Source: an uncultured Actinomycetes bacterium (GTDB lineage Bacteria; Actinomycetota; UBA4738; HRBIN12). Taken from it: 64,000 nt of DNA. Positions 22,369 through 32,319 of the stretch are shown piece after piece (positions within the stretch are counted from its first letter, which is position 1; each line of letters starts with the position of its first letter). A program made the position numbers and the translations under genes. The notes below the pieces were generated by a model. It worked only from the letters and a program-made list of their open reading frames with translations. It did no database searches and was not told the DNA's origin. The stretch spans positions 2,496,001 through 2,560,000 of the forward strand of contig OY969934.1 in NCBI GenBank assembly GCA_963704725.1, written 5' to 3'.

Positions 22369-23187
22369 GTGGACCGAGTCCCCGAACCGCCCGAGAGCCC
22401 CCGCCTGTTCCGGCCCCGAAGCGTCGGCGACATCCTCACCCACGCGCTCGAGCTCTACCGGCTCCACTGGCGCAACCTCGTCGCGACCGTGGCGATCATC
22501 GTCGTCCCGCTCTCGATCCTCCAGGTCGTGTTCGTCGACCTCGTGATCGGCGACACGTTCACCACCACCACGGTCCGCGGGGGCATCGAGCGCGTCGACG
22601 GCTCGCTGGGGGCCGCGGTGCTCGCGTCGATCGCGGTCGCGGTGCTCTCGATCCTGATGTGGACCGTGTTGACCGGGGCGATCACCCGCGCCGCCGCCGG
22701 CACCTTCCTCGGACGAGACCTGAACGTCCAGGAGAGCTACCGGTACGGGCTGGCTCGGTTCTGGTCGATCGTCCTCGTCGGCCTGCTCGCCGGGCTGGCC
22801 GTCGCCGGCGGCTTCATCCTGCTGGTCGTCCCCGGCTTCTTCGTGCTGGCGAGGCTCTCCTGTGCGCTCCCGGCGCTCGTGATCGAGGACCGCCGGGGCC
22901 GGCAGGCGCTCTCGCGCTCGTGGCACCTCGTCGAGGGCTTCGGGTGGCCGGTGTTCGGTACGATCGTCGTGGCCGGGATCCTCTCGGGCCTCGTCTCCGC
23001 GCTGCTCACCGCGCCGTTCGGCGACAACACCCTGGCGCGGGCGATCGGGCAGTCGGTCGCGTCCGTGGTCACGATGCCGTTCAGCGCGCTCGTGGGGATC
23101 CTGATCTACCTCGACCTGCGCATCCGCAAGGAGCACTACGGCCCGGCGGAGCTGGAACGCGACCTCGCGCGGGCCGCGGCGCCGTAG
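22369..23187 (+). CDS. Integral membrane protein (GDPD-membrane-domain-like)
   Basis: RP.SVGDIL..A..LYR, LVIE......ALSRSW.LV.G and LIYLDLRIRKE. Confidence 0.8.
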   Translation: MDRVPEPPESPRLFRPRSVGDILTHALELYRLHWRNLVATVAIIVVPLSILQVVFVDLVIGDTFTTTTVRGGIERVDGSLGAAVLASIAVAVLSILMWTVLTGAITRAAAGTFLGRDLNVQESYRYGLARFWSIVLVGLLAGLAVAGGFILLVVPGFFVLARLSCALPALVIEDRRGRQALSRSWHLVEGFGWPVFGTIVVAGILSGLVSALLTAPFGDNTLARAIGQSVASVVTMPFSALVGILIYLDLRIRKEHYGPAELERDLARAAAP

Positions 23188-23197
23188 CCCGGCCCTC

Positions 23198-24397
23198 TCA
23201 CGCCCTCGCCGCCCGGAGCAGCGGGACCGGCGAGGCGAACCCCTTGAGCTCGACCGGCCCGACCTCGTCGAACCGCACGCCGTCGGATGCCGCCCGGGCC
23301 ACCTCGGTCGTCACCAGGACCTCGGAGGGCGCCGCCCTGGCGGAGATCCGGGCGGCGAGGTTCACCGTGCGGCCGTAGTAGTCCCCGTCCTGCCGGACCA
23401 CCGGCCCGGCGGCGAGGCCCACGTGCGCCGGCGGCAGGCCGGCGCTCGGCATCCGCTCGACCATCTCGAGCGCGGCCACGACGCCCTCGCCCGGATCGCG
23501 GAACCAGAACATCACGCCGTCGCCGAGCCACTTCACCGGCACCCCGGTGTGATGCTGCGCCGTTCCCTGCGCGATGTGCCCCAGCGACGCGGCGAGGTCG
23601 GCCGCGGCGTCGTCGCCCTGCTCCTCGGTCAACCGCGTGTAGCCGGCCAGATCGAGGAAGCACATCGCCGGCGGGCGCTCCGGCCGCTCGTACAGGCTCA
23701 TCTCCTCGAGCGTCTCCTCGATGTCGAGGACGATGGCCTCCACCCACGCGTGCTCCTGCTGGCGGTGGTACATGTCGAGGAGCGCGCGGTCCATGAACTC
23801 CATGTACGCCGCGCCGAACTGCGATGCGGTCAGCATCACCTGCGCCCGGTCCATCCCGGCCTCGAGCATCGGCCGCTCCAGCCAGGTCCGGTACCACGCC
23901 GCCTCTGCCTGCGCGATCCTGCGGAGCGACTCGCCGTACACGCGGACGATCCCCGCGGGTGCAGGGTCGTCGCTCTGGCTCCACGAGTGCACCACCTTGA
24001 GGACGCGCAGGAGCTCCAGGTCGTCCTCCCGTACGCGCTCGTCGGGCGAGGGCACCGCGAGCCCGAGCGCCTCGTTCACGCGCTGGATCAGCTCGAGGGG
24101 CAGGTCGAGCTCGACCGCGACCTCCGCGTACGTTCGGTCCGACAGCGCCGGGAACCGGTACTGCGGCATGTCGACGAAGTCGAACGAGATCTTCCCGTCC
24201 TCGATCGCCCTGGCGATGCCGTCCATCGGCACGCCGCCGAGCTCGCAGGACCGGGCCAGGCGGATCCTCGCGACGTCCGTCCGGCGATACGTCCGATCCT
24301 GCGGCGCGAGGATGCCGAGGCCCGTGTATCGCTCGACGACGTCGACCGTGACGCCGCACAGCCCGGCCAGCTCGGCGGCCGTGAGCTCGTCGTTCAC
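23198..24397 (-). CDS. Class III adenylate cyclase with an N-terminal MerR-like HTH and a regulatory region
   Basis: CFLDLAGYT, VKWLGDGVM and DYYGRTVNLAAR give a full catalytic set. N-terminus LTAAELAGLCGVTVDVVERYTGLGIL. GTG 24397 overlaps the upstream TGA. Confidence 0.9.
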   Translation of the reverse strand: MNDELTAAELAGLCGVTVDVVERYTGLGILAPQDRTYRRTDVARIRLARSCELGGVPMDGIARAIEDGKISFDFVDMPQYRFPALSDRTYAEVAVELDLPLELIQRVNEALGLAVPSPDERVREDDLELLRVLKVVHSWSQSDDPAPAGIVRVYGESLRRIAQAEAAWYRTWLERPMLEAGMDRAQVMLTASQFGAAYMEFMDRALLDMYHRQQEHAWVEAIVLDIEETLEEMSLYERPERPPAMCFLDLAGYTRLTEEQGDDAAADLAASLGHIAQGTAQHHTGVPVKWLGDGVMFWFRDPGEGVVAALEMVERMPSAGLPPAHVGLAAGPVVRQDGDYYGRTVNLAARISARAAPSEVLVTTEVARAASDGVRFDEVGPVELKGFASPVPLLRAARA

Positions 24398-25071
24398 GTC
24401 GGCGTCGCGTCGTCGGTGAACCCGACGCGCTTGTGCATCCCGTCGCAGAACGGCTTGTTGTACGAACGGCCGCAGCGGCAGAGCGCCTGGCGGTTGCGGA
24501 CCTCGTAGCCTCGTCCGTCCTCGGACACGACCGGGATCCCACCGCGGACCCAGTACGAGGCGTTCGGCTCGACGCCGATCGAGGGCTCGAGCGCCGGCTC
24601 GATCGTGGTGGCGGGATCGCCCCCGTCGGCGAACGCGAGCCTCCCTCCCGGACAGCGATGGATCATGCCGGCGAGCTCCTGGCGCGCGGCGGGATCGGAG
24701 GCCTCGGCCGCGAGCTTCCACACCGTGGTGCGGAGGTTCTTGCAGAACCCGGCCTGGGTGCACAGCCGCAGCTCGTCGTAGAGGACGACGCCGTCTCCGT
24801 CGGCGCGCGAGCGGCGGGCGGCGATCGGTCCCCGGTCCGCGGTCTCGGTGCCGTCGAACCCGTTCGTGTCGCAGACGTGGTCACAGAACGGCCGGCTGGC
24901 CGAGGCTCCGCATCGGCAGAGCTCGTAGGGCTCCGCGCCCTCGAAGTCCGGACCCTCGTCCCATCGGATCGGCTCCCCGTGCTCGGTCTGCACGATCGCC
25001 GTCCGCAGCAGGCGGACGCCGCCCTCCACCACGTAGGGCCCGTTCGCTCGAACGACCACCCGACTCGCCAC
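24394..25071 (-). CDS. CDGSH iron-sulfur domain protein (two CDGSH-type motifs flanking a divergent Fe-S domain)
   Basis: NGPY, LCRCGASASRPFCDHVC, LCTQAGFC...CPGGRL and LCRCGRSYNKPFCDGMH. Confidence 0.9.
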   Translation of the reverse strand: MASRVVVRANGPYVVEGGVRLLRTAIVQTEHGEPIRWDEGPDFEGAEPYELCRCGASASRPFCDHVCDTNGFDGTETADRGPIAARRSRADGDGVVLYDELRLCTQAGFCKNLRTTVWKLAAEASDPAARQELAGMIHRCPGGRLAFADGGDPATTIEPALEPSIGVEPNASYWVRGGIPVVSEDGRGYEVRNRQALCRCGRSYNKPFCDGMHKRVGFTDDATPT

Positions 25072-25082
25072 GGCGCCCGAGT

Positions 25083-26252
25083 CTACGCGGACGCCTCGGA
25101 CGTGGTGAGGCGCCGGCGGAACACCATGCTCGCGGCGCCGAGGAGCACGACGGCGTAGACGGCGAGGACGCCGAGCTCGGGCATCACGTCCCCGACCGCG
25201 CCGCCGTGGCGCAGCACCTCGTCGAACGCGTCGACGGCCCAGGCGTGCGGCGTGACGTGCGCGATCGTCACCATGAACGGAGGGAACAGGTCGATCGGCA
25301 CCATGCACCCTCCGAGCGCGGCGAACCCCAGACCGACGAAGACACCGAGCGCGCCCGTCTGCTCGGCGTTGCGCAGGCTCGAGCCCATCAGCATCGCGGC
25401 GCCCGTTCCGACCAGCGCGAACAGCACGATGATCGCGACGCCGCCCGCCGGATCGCCCCAGTCGACCCCGAAGACCAGCCGGGTCACGACGAAGATCAGG
25501 AGCCCCTCGAACAGCGCGATCGCGAAGCGGCCCAGCGTCTCGCCGAGCAAGATGGTGCCGGCCGACGTCGGCGACGCGAGCAGCCGTCGCGAGATCCCGA
25601 GACGGCGCGTCTCGATCAGCATCGACGACGCCGAGAGCGAGATCACGAACACGAACAGCACGAGCTCCTGGGCCGCGCCGAAGTCGAACCTGCTCTCCGT
25701 GTCCTCGCCGCCCGCCACGGTCTCCCGGACCCGGATCCGCGGCAGCGTGGCGCGGAGGTCCTGGGCCCGCCGCAGCCCCGCGTCGAACGTCGCCAGCCCC
25801 TCCGACTCGACGAGTCGCGCCGCGCGGATCGCGGCGGACTGCTCGGCCAGCACCGCGTCCACCGTAAGGCCGACCTGCGCCCCGGCTCCCGCCGGTCGCG
25901 AGATGAACGGGAGCGCCACGTCACGTCCCGAGCGGACCATCTCGTCGTACCCGGGGACGACCACGAGCCCGGCCTCCACGTCGCCTCGCTGGACCGCCGT
26001 GGTGAGCGCATCCCGGGCGTCGAACGCCCGGACCTCGATGCCGTCGGTGCGCTCGAGGCGCTGGACGAGATCGGCCCCCAGCGGGCCGCTGCCATCCGAC
26101 ACCACGCCGACCACCGGCGCGAACCCCGACCCGAAGACCGCCCCGATCGCCAGGATGATCATGAACGGGAACGCGAGGATGAAGAACGCGCCGATCCGGT
26201 CGCGGAACACGCGCCGGAGGTTCGTCCACGCGATCACGAGCGGCTTGGTCAC
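25083..26252 (-). CDS. ABC-2 type permease
   Basis: N-terminal TM, large extracellular loop, RRLLASP, LGGCMVP and TPHAWA. Confidence 0.9.
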   Translation of the reverse strand: MTKPLVIAWTNLRRVFRDRIGAFFILAFPFMIILAIGAVFGSGFAPVVGVVSDGSGPLGADLVQRLERTDGIEVRAFDARDALTTAVQRGDVEAGLVVVPGYDEMVRSGRDVALPFISRPAGAGAQVGLTVDAVLAEQSAAIRAARLVESEGLATFDAGLRRAQDLRATLPRIRVRETVAGGEDTESRFDFGAAQELVLFVFVISLSASSMLIETRRLGISRRLLASPTSAGTILLGETLGRFAIALFEGLLIFVVTRLVFGVDWGDPAGGVAIIVLFALVGTGAAMLMGSSLRNAEQTGALGVFVGLGFAALGGCMVPIDLFPPFMVTIAHVTPHAWAVDAFDEVLRHGGAVGDVMPELGVLAVYAVVLLGAASMVFRRRLTTSEASA

Positions 26253-27412
26253 CGCAGCACCAGCCGCCGGGCGCGGACGAGGGCAAGGCCGCCCAGCACG
26301 CCGGAGAACGCCAGGAGCGCCAGGATCGAGGACCGCACGTCGGCCACGCCGCCGCCGGCGGCGAGGTCTTGGAACCCGCGCATCATCCACGCCTGCGGCG
26401 CGAGCAGGCTCACGCCTGACAGGAACGACGCCTGCGAGATCGGGAAGAACGTCCCGCCGAACAGGCCGAGCACCACCGTGACCAGCGACGTGTAGCCGGC
26501 CGCCTGGGCCGGCGTCTTGGCCAGGGTCGCGACGAGGGCGGTGATCGAGACCGCGGCGGCCACGCCCAGCAGCACCATGAGCCCCACGCCGGGAACGGTC
26601 CCCCACTCGGCGTCGAGCAGCAGCGTCGTCGCCGCCACGAGGGCCGACATGCTGACGAGTCCGACGACGAAGCCTGCGAGCACCTTCCCGGCGACGAGCC
26701 ACGAGGGCCGGAGCGGCGCGACCAGCAGCCGCCCCAGGGTCCCGCGATCGCGCTCGTCGAGCAGGCTCCGCACGCCGAACTCCACCGTGAAGAACACGAA
26801 GAACACGGCCATGCCGATGGCGTAGAACGTCGTTCCCGAGAGCAGCCGGGACTCGGCCGTGTTCCGGTCGAGCTCGGCGGCAGGCGGCGTGGCGTGGGCG
26901 CGCTCGGCCAGGGCCGCGGCCCCGTCCGCGGGCGCGCCGGAGACGATCGCGGTCGCCACCGCGAGCTGGACGGCGTCGAGGTCGTTCGCGAACCTCTGGG
27001 CGAGCGAGCGCGCGACGAGGCCTCCGACCTCGCTGCTCGGGCTGGCGATCACGCGGATCTCCCCGCCGCGGCCGGCCGAGGCCTCGGCCGTGAAGCCCTC
27101 CGGGACGACGAACGCGGCGTCCACGTCTCCGTCCTCCGCCAGGCGCTCGGCGTCGGCCGGCGAGGCCGCATCCTTGATCCGGACGAAGTCGAGCGAGCGG
27201 ACGGTCCGGTCGAAGGTCGCGGCGAGCTCCCCGCCGTCCCGGTCGACGACGGCGAACGTGACGGAGAACCGCTCTTCGTCGTCCACGTTCGACAGCGTCA
27301 GGCTGAAGATCCCGGCCAGGCCGAACGGCACGAGGAACCCGATGATGAACGCGGAGCGGTCGCGGATCCGTAGGCGGAGGTCCTTGGCCGCGATCGCGAG
27401 CGCCCGCCGCAT
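26249..27412 (-). CDS. ABC-2 type permease
   Basis: IAAKDLRLRIRDR, ERDRGTLGRLLVAP and LFGGTFFP. Confidence 0.9.
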   Translation of the reverse strand: MRRALAIAAKDLRLRIRDRSAFIIGFLVPFGLAGIFSLTLSNVDDEERFSVTFAVVDRDGGELAATFDRTVRSLDFVRIKDAASPADAERLAEDGDVDAAFVVPEGFTAEASAGRGGEIRVIASPSSEVGGLVARSLAQRFANDLDAVQLAVATAIVSGAPADGAAALAERAHATPPAAELDRNTAESRLLSGTTFYAIGMAVFFVFFTVEFGVRSLLDERDRGTLGRLLVAPLRPSWLVAGKVLAGFVVGLVSMSALVAATTLLLDAEWGTVPGVGLMVLLGVAAAVSITALVATLAKTPAQAAGYTSLVTVVLGLFGGTFFPISQASFLSGVSLLAPQAWMMRGFQDLAAGGGVADVRSSILALLAFSGVLGGLALVRARRLVLR

Positions 27413-27416
27413 GGGA

Positions 27417-28364
27417 TCAGTCGCGCAGGGCCTTGCCGGTCAGATGCAGGAAGACGGCCTCCAGATTCGGCTCGGTCACCTCGACCGTGGTGACGTCGGC
27501 CCCGGCATCCGAGACCGTGGTGAGGATGAGGGGCAGGGCCGTGCGGGCGGCGCGCACGACCAGGTCCAGGCCCCCGTCCCGGCGGCTGGCGTCGACCACC
27601 GCGTCGAGCTCGCGGACGGCCGCCTCCGCCCCGGCCAGATCGCCGCCCGCCAGCAGCGCAACGCGGTCCTGCTCCCCGACCATGGCCACGAGCTCCCGGC
27701 GCGTCCCCTCGGCCATCAAGCGGCCCTCGTCGATCACCCCGACGCGATCGCACAGGCGCTCCGCCTCCTCCATGTAGTGCGTGGTGTAGAGCACGGCCAT
27801 CCCCTGGTCCCGGAATCGCTCGACGCCGGACAGGATGGCGTTGCGGCTCTGCGGGTCGACGCCGACCGTCGGCTCGTCGAGCACGAGCAGCTTGGGCCGG
27901 TTGAGCAGGCCGAGCCCGATGTTCAGGCGGCGCTTCATCCCGCCCGAGTACTCGCTCGTCCGGTCTCCGGCCCGATCGGTGAGGTCGATGATCTCCAGGA
28001 TCTCGGTCACCCGGCCGTCGAGCTCGCGCCCCGACAACGCGTACATCCGGCCGAAGAACCGCAGGTTCTCCCGGCCGGTGAGGTCGGGGTAGATCGCCAG
28101 CTCCTGCGGCACGTACCCGATCGCCTCGCGGGCGTCGGTCGAGCGGGTGTCGATCCGGCGGCCGTCGACGACGACGTCGCCGGCGTCGCGCTCGAGGAGA
28201 CCGCACACCATCGAGATGGTCGTCGTCTTCCCGGCACCGTTCGGTCCCAGCAGGCCGTACGTCTCGCCGACGGCGATGTGGAACCCGACGTCGTTCACGG
28301 CGACCCGATCGCCGAACGCCTTGCGGAGCCCGGTCGCCTCCAGGACGTGATCGCGCTCGCTCAC
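27417..28364 (-). CDS. ABC transporter ATP-binding protein
   Basis: GPNGAGKTT, YSGGMKRRLNI, LDEPTVGVDPQSR and TTHYMEEAE. Confidence 0.95.
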   Translation of the reverse strand: MSERDHVLEATGLRKAFGDRVAVNDVGFHIAVGETYGLLGPNGAGKTTTISMVCGLLERDAGDVVVDGRRIDTRSTDAREAIGYVPQELAIYPDLTGRENLRFFGRMYALSGRELDGRVTEILEIIDLTDRAGDRTSEYSGGMKRRLNIGLGLLNRPKLLVLDEPTVGVDPQSRNAILSGVERFRDQGMAVLYTTHYMEEAERLCDRVGVIDEGRLMAEGTRRELVAMVGEQDRVALLAGGDLAGAEAAVRELDAVVDASRRDGGLDLVVRAARTALPLILTTVSDAGADVTTVEVTEPNLEAVFLHLTGKALRD

Positions 28365-28376
28365 GGCGCTCCCATG

Positions 28377-29186
28377 CTACGGACGAAGGAACGACCGTGG
28401 GAAGGCCAGGGCCTTCCACGGCTTGCGCCCGCCGGCCAGGATCCGGCCCGTCACGACGGCGCGCCACGTCGGCATCCGCCCGTAGGACATGAGCACGAAC
28501 GCCACGGGCTCGGCCCGGATCGTGCAGTCGGCGGGGCCGTCCTCGGGCTCCACCCACGCGCGGGCGTCCTCGATCCGCACCCGGACCCTCGGCCCCCCGC
28601 GGACGCGGAGACGGTAGATCGCCCTCCGTCCCGCGGTGGTCCGCGGATCGACGTAGTGCGGCGCGAACACCAACGACGCCTTCGCGATCGTTCGCGCGTC
28701 CTCGACCGGGATCGGCCATGGCCGGCTCACCGACCGAGCCAGGTCGAACCCGTGGATCAGCACCTCGGCCAGCGCGACCCCGGTCCCGGTGGCCACGTCG
28801 AGGGTGAGCCCCGAGTGCCAGGGGAAGGGATCGTTCGCCACCCGTCCCCGCGTGGTCGCGACGAACGCGGACACGCTGGCCGAGATCAGCTCGACGTGCG
28901 TCTCGAACGGGATCCCGCGCAGCTCCTCGATCTGGCGCTGGTTGTTCGCCGCGATGTCCGAGATCCTGCCCTCGGGCACCGCCGTTCCCGCGAGGTACCC
29001 GGCGAACAGCTCGGTGCGCGCGCCGAGATGCGCCGCCAGCTCGCCGATCGACCACGTGAGCCCCGAGACGGGCTCCGACGGATCGGGGACCTCGCGCAGG
29101 AGGTCGACGAGCCGTCGCCCCGCGTTCGCCAGGGCCTCGGCCGCAGGGGCGAGATCGATCCGGAGCTCCTCCAGCTCGCCGATCAT
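28377..29186 (-). CDS. Mycothiol-dependent maleylpyruvate isomerase-like (DinB-fold) protein with a C-terminal SCP2-like domain
   Basis: WSIGELAAHL and EVLIHGFDLA metal motifs; ATGA overlap with the upstream gene. Confidence 0.85.
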   Translation of the reverse strand: MIGELEELRIDLAPAAEALANAGRRLVDLLREVPDPSEPVSGLTWSIGELAAHLGARTELFAGYLAGTAVPEGRISDIAANNQRQIEELRGIPFETHVELISASVSAFVATTRGRVANDPFPWHSGLTLDVATGTGVALAEVLIHGFDLARSVSRPWPIPVEDARTIAKASLVFAPHYVDPRTTAGRRAIYRLRVRGGPRVRVRIEDARAWVEPEDGPADCTIRAEPVAFVLMSYGRMPTWRAVVTGRILAGGRKPWKALAFPRSFLRP

Positions 29187-30178
29187 CGCGCGTGCCACGC
29201 CTGCAGGAGCTCCGCCTCCCGGTCTGGGGGGAGGCCGACGCGCCCGTGGTCGAGCGGCTCGTCGGCGCGGGTCCGGTCCCAGTCCCAGCAGTCCGCGAAG
29301 CTCTCCTGCACCGGGCGGGACTCGAGCCCGGCGGCGAGCGCCCGCGAGGCGTCGAACCGCGTCAGCCCGAACTCCTGCGGCGGCGCCCACCACGGGAGCG
29401 CCTCCCACTCGGCGAGCCCGTTCGCCAGCATGAAGTCCTGGGACACCCACGTGAGGCGGGCGTCGGTCCCGCCCACGGCCCGGGCCGCCGCCTCGAGCAG
29501 GTCGCCGTAGGCATGCGGCTCGGGCGGCGCGCAGAGGTTGAAGACGCCTCCGGCCCCCCGGGCGGCCATGGCGAGCGCGAACCGCCCGAGGTCGCGCGCG
29601 TCGATCAGCTGCACCGGGAAGTCGGTCCGCTCGGGCGCCAGGACCTCGCCGCCCCGTTGGAGGCGCCGGAGCCAGTACGGCATGCGACCCATGCTGTCGT
29701 AGGGCCCGCAGATGAACCCGGGACGCAGGATCAGGGCGCGGTCCCCGAACGCCCGCTGCACCTCGCGTTCGGACAGCACCTTCAGGGCCCCGTAGGTCTC
29801 CCCCGTGACCTCCTCGGTCGTGGGGTCCGGGGTCGTGGCGAGCGCCCCGTCCTCGTCCTGCCCGAGGGTCGCCTCGTCGGCGTAGACGGACAGGCTCGAG
29901 ACGAACGTGTAGTGGCCGGCGTGGTCGAGCAGCGCCTCGGCCGACATCCGGGCCAGGCGGGGCAGGTAGCAGGAGGGATCGAACACGGCGTCCCAGGACC
30001 GGCCGCTCAGCGCGGTCAGGTCGCGGCCCCGGTCGCCTCGGAGCGTCTCGAGGTCCGAGAACAGCTCGGGGTGCGTGGTACCCCGGTTGAAGAGCGTCAC
30101 CTCGTGACCGCCGGCCAGGGCCTCCTCCACGAACGACCGCCCCACGAATCGGGTGCCTCCGAGCACCAGGATGCGCAT
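29183..30178 (-). CDS. NAD-dependent epimerase/dehydratase (atypical SDR)
   Basis: MRILVLGGTRFVG, FNRG, FVSSLSVY, YGALK and RPGFICGP. Confidence 0.93.
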   Translation of the reverse strand: MRILVLGGTRFVGRSFVEEALAGGHEVTLFNRGTTHPELFSDLETLRGDRGRDLTALSGRSWDAVFDPSCYLPRLARMSAEALLDHAGHYTFVSSLSVYADEATLGQDEDGALATTPDPTTEEVTGETYGALKVLSEREVQRAFGDRALILRPGFICGPYDSMGRMPYWLRRLQRGGEVLAPERTDFPVQLIDARDLGRFALAMAARGAGGVFNLCAPPEPHAYGDLLEAAARAVGGTDARLTWVSQDFMLANGLAEWEALPWWAPPQEFGLTRFDASRALAAGLESRPVQESFADCWDWDRTRADEPLDHGRVGLPPDREAELLQAWHAR

Positions 30179-30397
30179 CGTCGGACACCCTACCCCGCGG
30201 GGGCGCACCGCTCCTCTCGGGCCATTTCCCCTGTTCGGAGCCCATTCCGGCCTAGGACGAAGGACCGTTCAGGGGAAGCAGGAATGGTCAGATCGGAGGG
30301 TTGCGCCTCCATGAACCTCTGCGATACTGGGCAACCTGGCAGGCGTTTCGGGGGCCGAACGGCCCTCCGGGGGAGGAAGGGGCGATCTCGGTTCAGG

Positions 30398-31894
30398 GTG
30401 GCTGACGGGAAGTCGAGCCTCGGTGCCGAGCTCGGGTTCCAGGCGATGCTGGACGCAGCGCCGGACGCGATGGTCGGCGTCTCCAGCGATGGGCGCATCC
30501 TGATGGCCAACGTCCAGACGGAGGTCTTGTTCGGCCATCGGCGCGAGGAGCTGATCGGCCGGCAGGTCGAGATCCTCGTTCCGGAGCGGTTCCAGGAGCT
30601 CCACCCGAAGCACCGCGCAGCGTTCTTCGAGGAGCCGAAGACCCGGCCCATGGGGATGCACCTCGACCTGGCCGGCCGGCGAGCCGACGGGACCGAGTTC
30701 CCGGCGGAGGTGAGCTTGAGCACCATCGAAACGGAGGAGGAGGGCCTCATCGCCATCGCAGCGATCCGCGACATGACCGAGCGCCGCCGGGCGGGGGCGA
30801 TGTTCCAGCAGATGCTCGACGCCGCACCCGACGCGATGATCGGCGTGGACCCGGCCGGCGTGATCGTGATGACCAACGCCCAGACCGAGAGCGTGTTCGG
30901 CTACACCCGCGGCCAGCTGATCGGGCAGCGGCTGGAGATCCTCATCCCCGACCGCGCCAAGGACGCGCACCGGGGCCATCGCGCCGGCTTCTTCCACGCG
31001 CCGAGGATCCGCCCCATGGGCGTCGACCTCAACCTGTCCGGACGCCGGTCCGACGGCACCGAGTTCCCCGCCGAGATCAGCCTGTCCTGGCTCGAGACCG
31101 AGGACGGCGTCGTCGCCCTGGGGGCCATCCGGGACATCACGGAGCGCCGCAGGACCGAGGAGGCCGCCCACCGGGCTCGCGAAGAGGCTGACCGGGCCGC
31201 GGCCGACCTGCAGGTCGCCTACCACGAGCTCCAGGCGTTCAGCTACGCGGTCGCGCACGACCTCCGCGCGCCGCTTCGCGCGATCGATGGATTCAGCGAG
31301 GCGCTCGTCCAGGACCACGCGCCGACCCTGGACCACGACGCGCAGACCTACCTCGACCGGATCCGACGCAACGTCCACCGCATGGGCACGATGATCGACG
31401 CGCTGCTCGAGCTCTCCCGCCTGGTGCGCTCGACCCTGGACGCGACGGAGGTCGACCTCAGCGCGATCGTGGAGGAGGTGCTCGGCACGCTCCGCGAGGC
31501 CGATCCCGGCCGAACGGTCGCCGCGATCGTGCCGCCCCGCATCGTCGTGCGCGGCGACCGAGGGCTCCTGCCGATCCTGATCGCGAACCTGCTCTCGAAC
31601 GCGTGGAAGTTCACCGCCCCGCATCCGCAGGCCCGGATCGAGTTCGGCGTCCGGGGCGACGGTGACGAGCGCGTGTTCTTCCTCCACGACGACGGCGTGG
31701 GATTCGATCCGCGCTACGCCGAGAAGCTGTTCACGCCGTTCCAACGCCTGCACTCGGACGATTTCGGCGGTTCGGGGATCGGGCTGGCAACGGCGGAGCG
31801 GATCGTGCGCAGGCACGGCGGCCGCATCTGGGCCGACGGCGCCGTCGACGCCGGCGCCACGTTCTCGTTCACCCTCGGAGATATGGGATCGTGA
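30398..31894 (+). CDS. Cytoplasmic PAS-PAS sensor histidine kinase
   Basis: Two PAS repeats (LDAAPDAM...LFG..R..L.G...GTEFPAE.SLS), H-box FSYAVAHDLRAPL, NLLSNAWKF, DDGVGF and GSGIGL. Start is GTG 30398 or ATG 30446. Confidence 0.93.
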   Translation: MADGKSSLGAELGFQAMLDAAPDAMVGVSSDGRILMANVQTEVLFGHRREELIGRQVEILVPERFQELHPKHRAAFFEEPKTRPMGMHLDLAGRRADGTEFPAEVSLSTIETEEEGLIAIAAIRDMTERRRAGAMFQQMLDAAPDAMIGVDPAGVIVMTNAQTESVFGYTRGQLIGQRLEILIPDRAKDAHRGHRAGFFHAPRIRPMGVDLNLSGRRSDGTEFPAEISLSWLETEDGVVALGAIRDITERRRTEEAAHRAREEADRAAADLQVAYHELQAFSYAVAHDLRAPLRAIDGFSEALVQDHAPTLDHDAQTYLDRIRRNVHRMGTMIDALLELSRLVRSTLDATEVDLSAIVEEVLGTLREADPGRTVAAIVPPRIVVRGDRGLLPILIANLLSNAWKFTAPHPQARIEFGVRGDGDERVFFLHDDGVGFDPRYAEKLFTPFQRLHSDDFGGSGIGLATAERIVRRHGGRIWADGAVDAGATFSFTLGDMGS

Positions 31895-32319
31895 CGGCGG
31901 GCGGGATCCTCCTCGTCGAGGACAACCCGGACGACGTCGACCTGACGCTCCGGGCCTTCCGGCGCAACGGACTCCAGATGGAGATCCTCGTCGCGCGCGA
32001 CGGGATCGAGGCCGAGGACGTCCTGTTCGCCGAGGACGAGGGTGTCGCTCCCTCGCTGATCCTGCTGGATCTCAAGCTGCCCAAGCTCAACGGCCTCGAG
32101 GTCCTCCGGGCGATCCGCGAGCACCGTCGGACCGCGACGACCCCCGTGGTCGTGCTCACGTCCTCGATCGAGGAGGAGGACGTCGTCGCCGCGTATCGAC
32201 TCGGCGCGAACAGCTACATCCGCAAGCCGGTCGACTTCCATGCGTTCCTGGACGTCGTCCACCAGCTCGGCATGTACTGGCTGATCCTGAACGAGCCCGC
32301 ACCGGGACGGCCGGCGTGA
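31891..32319 (+). CDS. Single-domain response regulator (Rcp1-like)
   Basis: LLVEDNPDD, LLDLKLPK and GANSYIRKPVDF. Confidence 0.95.
   Translation: MTAGGILLVEDNPDDVDLTLRAFRRNGLQMEILVARDGIEAEDVLFAEDEGVAPSLILLDLKLPKLNGLEVLRAIREHRRTATTPVVVLTSSIEEEDVVAAYRLGANSYIRKPVDFHAFLDVVHQLGMYWLILNEPAPGRPA

Noticed and set aside
30440-31150. Diverged tandem duplication of about 360 bp
   Set aside because: Ordinary tandem PAS domains.
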